64,000 nt of DNA from Thermoplasmata archaeon. Its GTDB lineage: Archaea > Thermoplasmatota > Thermoplasmata > Lutacidiplasmatales > UBA184. Where the stretch lies: assembly GCA_030037815.1 (NCBI GenBank), contig JASHPZ010000022.1, forward strand, positions 1,782 to 65,781, written 5' to 3'. Below, one piece after another: positions 61,881-64,000 of the stretch. The notes beneath the pieces are model-generated. The model was given only the letters and a program-made list of their open reading frames with translations. It was not told the origin of the DNA and did not search any database. The position numbers and the translations under genes were made by a program. How positions within the stretch are numbered: position 1 is the first letter of the stretch; each line of letters starts with the position of its first letter.

Positions 61881-62407
61881 TGCGCGCGCGCCCCCCGACG
61901 TACTCGAAGTTCCGGGACGCTCAGGCGGAGCTCGAGAAGAACGGCGCGGCGATCTTCCGCGACGCCGAGGGCGTCGAGAGCCTGATCATCCGGTACCCGT
62001 ACTCGATCAATTACATCCACAGCTACGCGGAGGATTCGCCGTTCTTCCTCGCCCTCGCCGAGGGGAAGCTCAAGGGCTCGCGTTGCACGAAGAAGGGGTG
62101 CGCGTTCGTCTTCGCGACGCCGCGCTCGCACTGCATGGTCTGCGGCTCGCCGACCGAGTGGGTCGACCTCCCCAACGAGGGGCGCGTCCACTCCTGGACG
62201 ACCTGCCACTTCGGCAGCGAGGCGTTCCTGAAGGAGACGCCGTACAACCTGGCGATGGTCGAGTTCGACGGCGTCGGGAGCCTGCTCCTCGTCCGCCTGA
62301 AGGACGCCGTCGAGAAGGACCTCTTTGTCGGGATGCCGGTGGTCGCGCGGTACGACCCGAAGCCGAAGTACTCGATCACGGACGTCTGGTTCGTCCCGAA
62401 GAAGTAG
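61880..62407 (+). CDS. DUF35 OB-fold/zinc-ribbon protein (thiolase partner / scaffold).
   Basis: The ATG overlaps the thiolase stop by 1 nt (TGATG). The zinc ribbon is CTKKGCAFVFATPRSHCMVCGS. The C-terminal OB fold includes ...VGMPVVARY. Confidence 0.8.
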   Translation: MRARPPTYSKFRDAQAELEKNGAAIFRDAEGVESLIIRYPYSINYIHSYAEDSPFFLALAEGKLKGSRCTKKGCAFVFATPRSHCMVCGSPTEWVDLPNEGRVHSWTTCHFGSEAFLKETPYNLAMVEFDGVGSLLLVRLKDAVEKDLFVGMPVVARYDPKPKYSITDVWFVPKK

Positions 62408-62419
62408 CGGGCGCGGGGC

Positions 62420-62977
62420 CTACGGCGCCGGACTGAGTCCGACGAGCTCGAGCACGTCCGCCTGGGCCCGCGCGATCTGCGCGCGCGCCGTGCGGGCGAC
62501 GTCGACGAAGGCGAGCTCGACGAACGCGCGCGACGGGGGAAACCTCTCCTCCGGCCACCGGCCCTCGAACACGAAGTGGAGGTCCCAGTGCGGGTCCGTC
62601 TTCCCGGACTCCGGTCGGGCGTACGGGTCGCTGAACACCGCCGGCCCGCGCAGGTCGGAGACGGACGTGCCGAGCTGCTCGCGGACGATTCGCCGCGCCG
62701 CGTCGGCCGGCGACTCGAACAGGAGGAGCTGACTCGACGGCAACATCCAGCGCTCGCCGATCCGTCCGACCCGCTCCGCGTCCAGCCCGCCGATCTCCTC
62801 CCACGGCGCCTTCGGGTCGATCCGGCCCATCAGCACCCGGCCGGCGTGGCCGGCGGGGCGCAGGACGAGGAACGCGTTGAGGCACATCCCGTCGTCCGGG
62901 AGCGGCGAGCGGCCGCCGCCCGGCTCGAGCGCGAGGCGCGCGAACCGCCGGGGCCGGGAGGGCGGAGGGGCGCTCAT
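62420..62977 (-). CDS. NUDIX-family hydrolase (probable).
   Basis: A Nudix-box-like segment is present (...LLLFESPADAARRIVREQLG). The protein is 185 aa. The call is tentative. Confidence 0.5.
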   Translation of the reverse strand: MSAPPPSRPRRFARLALEPGGGRSPLPDDGMCLNAFLVLRPAGHAGRVLMGRIDPKAPWEEIGGLDAERVGRIGERWMLPSSQLLLFESPADAARRIVREQLGTSVSDLRGPAVFSDPYARPESGKTDPHWDLHFVFEGRWPEERFPPSRAFVELAFVDVARTARAQIARAQADVLELVGLSPAP

Positions 62978-63005
62978 CGGCCGGTACGCGCGTTCATGCG
63001 GGGGA

Positions 63006-63079
63006 TGCCGCGGGCCGGGCTTGAACCGGCGGCTTCAAGATCTTCAGTCTTGCACTCTCCCAAACTGAGTTACCGCGGC
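63006..63079 (-). tRNA. tRNA-Phe (anticodon GAA); no CCA is encoded.
   Basis: The minus-strand read is GCCGCGGTAACTCAGTTTGGGAGAGTGCAAGACTGAAGATCTTGAAGCCGCCGGTTCAAGCCCGGCCCGCGGCA. The acceptor stem is GCCGCGG/CCGCGGC. The anticodon loop is CTGAAGA. The T-loop is GGTTCAAGCC. Coordinates are approximate by 1-2 nt. Confidence 0.8.
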
Positions 63080-63221
63080 GTCGCCCGCCCGACCGTCGGG
63101 CCCGTATAAAGTGTGGAGGGCCGACGCGCCCGGCCGAACGCGCGCGCCCACGTTCTCGGCGGTCCGAACGCCCGCGCCGCCCGGGAGTTTTATCTAGGGC
63201 CCGCCGCCTCGGAGGGGTCCC

Positions 63222-64000
63222 GTGACCCGCACGCTCGTCGTGGCCGAGAAGTTCAACACGGCGCTCCGCATCGCGGTCGTCCTCTCCGACGGCCGGATGA
63301 AGCGGAGCCGCATCGCCGGGACGAACGTCTTCGAGTTCGAGCGGCCCGAGGGGCCGTATGCGGTCGCCGGGCTCCGCGGCCATATCGTCGAGCTCGACTA
63401 CCCGAACGAGCTCCGCGAGTGGAGCCTCGAGGGGCTGCCGCGGCTCCTCGAGACGGTCCCCGAGAAGCGGGTGACCGAGGGCGGGATCGTCGGGGCGCTC
63501 CAGTCCATCGTCCGGCAGTACGACCGCGTCATCATCGCCACCGACTTCGACCGCGAAGGGGAACTGATCGGGCTCGAGTGCCTCGAGCTCCTCCTGAAGG
63601 TCCACCCGACGATCGAGGTGAAGCGCGCGCGGTACAGCGCGCTCACCCGCGAGGCGATCTCCGACAGCTTCGCGAACCTGCAGGAACTCGACCACGCGCT
63701 CGCGGAGGCGGCCGAGGCGCGCCAGGAGATCGACCTCGTCTGGGGCGCCCTCCTCACGCGGTACCTCTCGCTGACGGCCGGCCAGCGCGGCCGCGGGTTC
63801 CTCTCGGTCGGGCGCGTGCAGACCCCGACGCTCGCCCTCCTGGTCGAACGGGACCAGGCGATCAAGGAGTTCGTCCCGTCCCCGTACTGGGAGCTGTTCG
63901 CCACCGGCGCGAAGGGCGGGGAGGAGTTCCGGCTCCACCACGCGCACGGGATCTTCGAGTCGAAGGCGGACGCCGAACGGGTCCACGCGCGCGTGCAGGG
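63222..64000 (+). CDS. topA: Type IA DNA topoisomerase (Topo I / Topo III), 3'-truncated by the window edge.
   Basis: The GTG start has GGAGG 7 nt upstream. The Toprim domain is LVVAEKFNTALRIA...IIATDFDREGELIG. The DNA-gate region is FLSVGRVQTPTLALLVERDQAIKEFVPSPYWEL. There is no N-terminal helicase domain, so it is not reverse gyrase. Confidence 0.85.
   Translation, partial: MTRTLVVAEKFNTALRIAVVLSDGRMKRSRIAGTNVFEFERPEGPYAVAGLRGHIVELDYPNELREWSLEGLPRLLETVPEKRVTEGGIVGALQSIVRQYDRVIIATDFDREGELIGLECLELLLKVHPTIEVKRARYSALTREAISDSFANLQELDHALAEAAEARQEIDLVWGALLTRYLSLTAGQRGRGFLSVGRVQTPTLALLVERDQAIKEFVPSPYWELFATGAKGGEEFRLHHAHGIFESKADAERVHARVQ

Noticed and set aside
1-64000. CRISPR arrays, rRNA genes and other structured RNAs.
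   Set aside because: I saw no regularly spaced direct repeats of 25-40 nt anywhere, and no rRNA-like conserved stretches. The only RNA gene I could fold is tRNA-Phe at about 63006-63079.

Overview
This is a high-GC (about 68-70%) archaeal chromosomal segment. It is gene-dense, with frequent 4-nt start/stop overlaps between neighbouring genes. The archaeal assignment rests on aEF-1alpha, uS10, uS13/uS4/uS11 followed by RNA polymerase subunit D, aPelota, diphthine synthase, TrmY, aMBF1, the split GMP synthase subunit and an archaetidylserine synthase/decarboxylase pair.

Most of the window is housekeeping and metabolic. It contains the 3' end of serS, a Hef-like helicase, a complete kdpFABC operon followed by a Usp-family gene, UbiX, and two thiolase plus DUF35 modules. 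In the first module the DUF35 protein carries a degenerate HMG-CoA-synthase-like N-terminus. There are also an M61 peptidase, a PadR-controlled ABC-2 exporter, a large radical-SAM enzyme (possibly tetraether-synthase-like), a Na+/H+ antiporter, formate-THF ligase, DnaJ, citrate synthase, ornithine carbamoyltransferase, a type IA topoisomerase (truncated at the 3' end) and tRNA-Phe.

The outstanding feature is a roughly 9.2-kb lower-GC island at about 29,775-38,985. A 10-bp direct repeat, GGAGCCGCGG, sits at each end and a SWIM-DDE (IS4/IS5-type) transposase lies at the right edge. The island carries an operon of an RHH regulator, an N6-adenine DNA methyltransferase, an unusual protein with two GHKL domains (an N-terminal MORC/MutL-like ATPase plus a C-terminal HisKA-HATPase histidine kinase), and a receiver-like protein with a Cys/His-rich C-terminal effector domain. 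Two hypothetical genes follow. I read this as a candidate undescribed methyltransferase-linked, phosphorelay-coupled restriction/defence system.

Immediately to the left of the island is an RHH gene with a perfect 11-bp inverted-repeat operator, followed by a divergent FtsZ/tubulin-family gene.

Single-nucleotide coordinates for non-ORF features are approximate (within 1-2 nt). I could not re-verify every sequence line by eye. CDS boundaries follow the supplied ORF frames.
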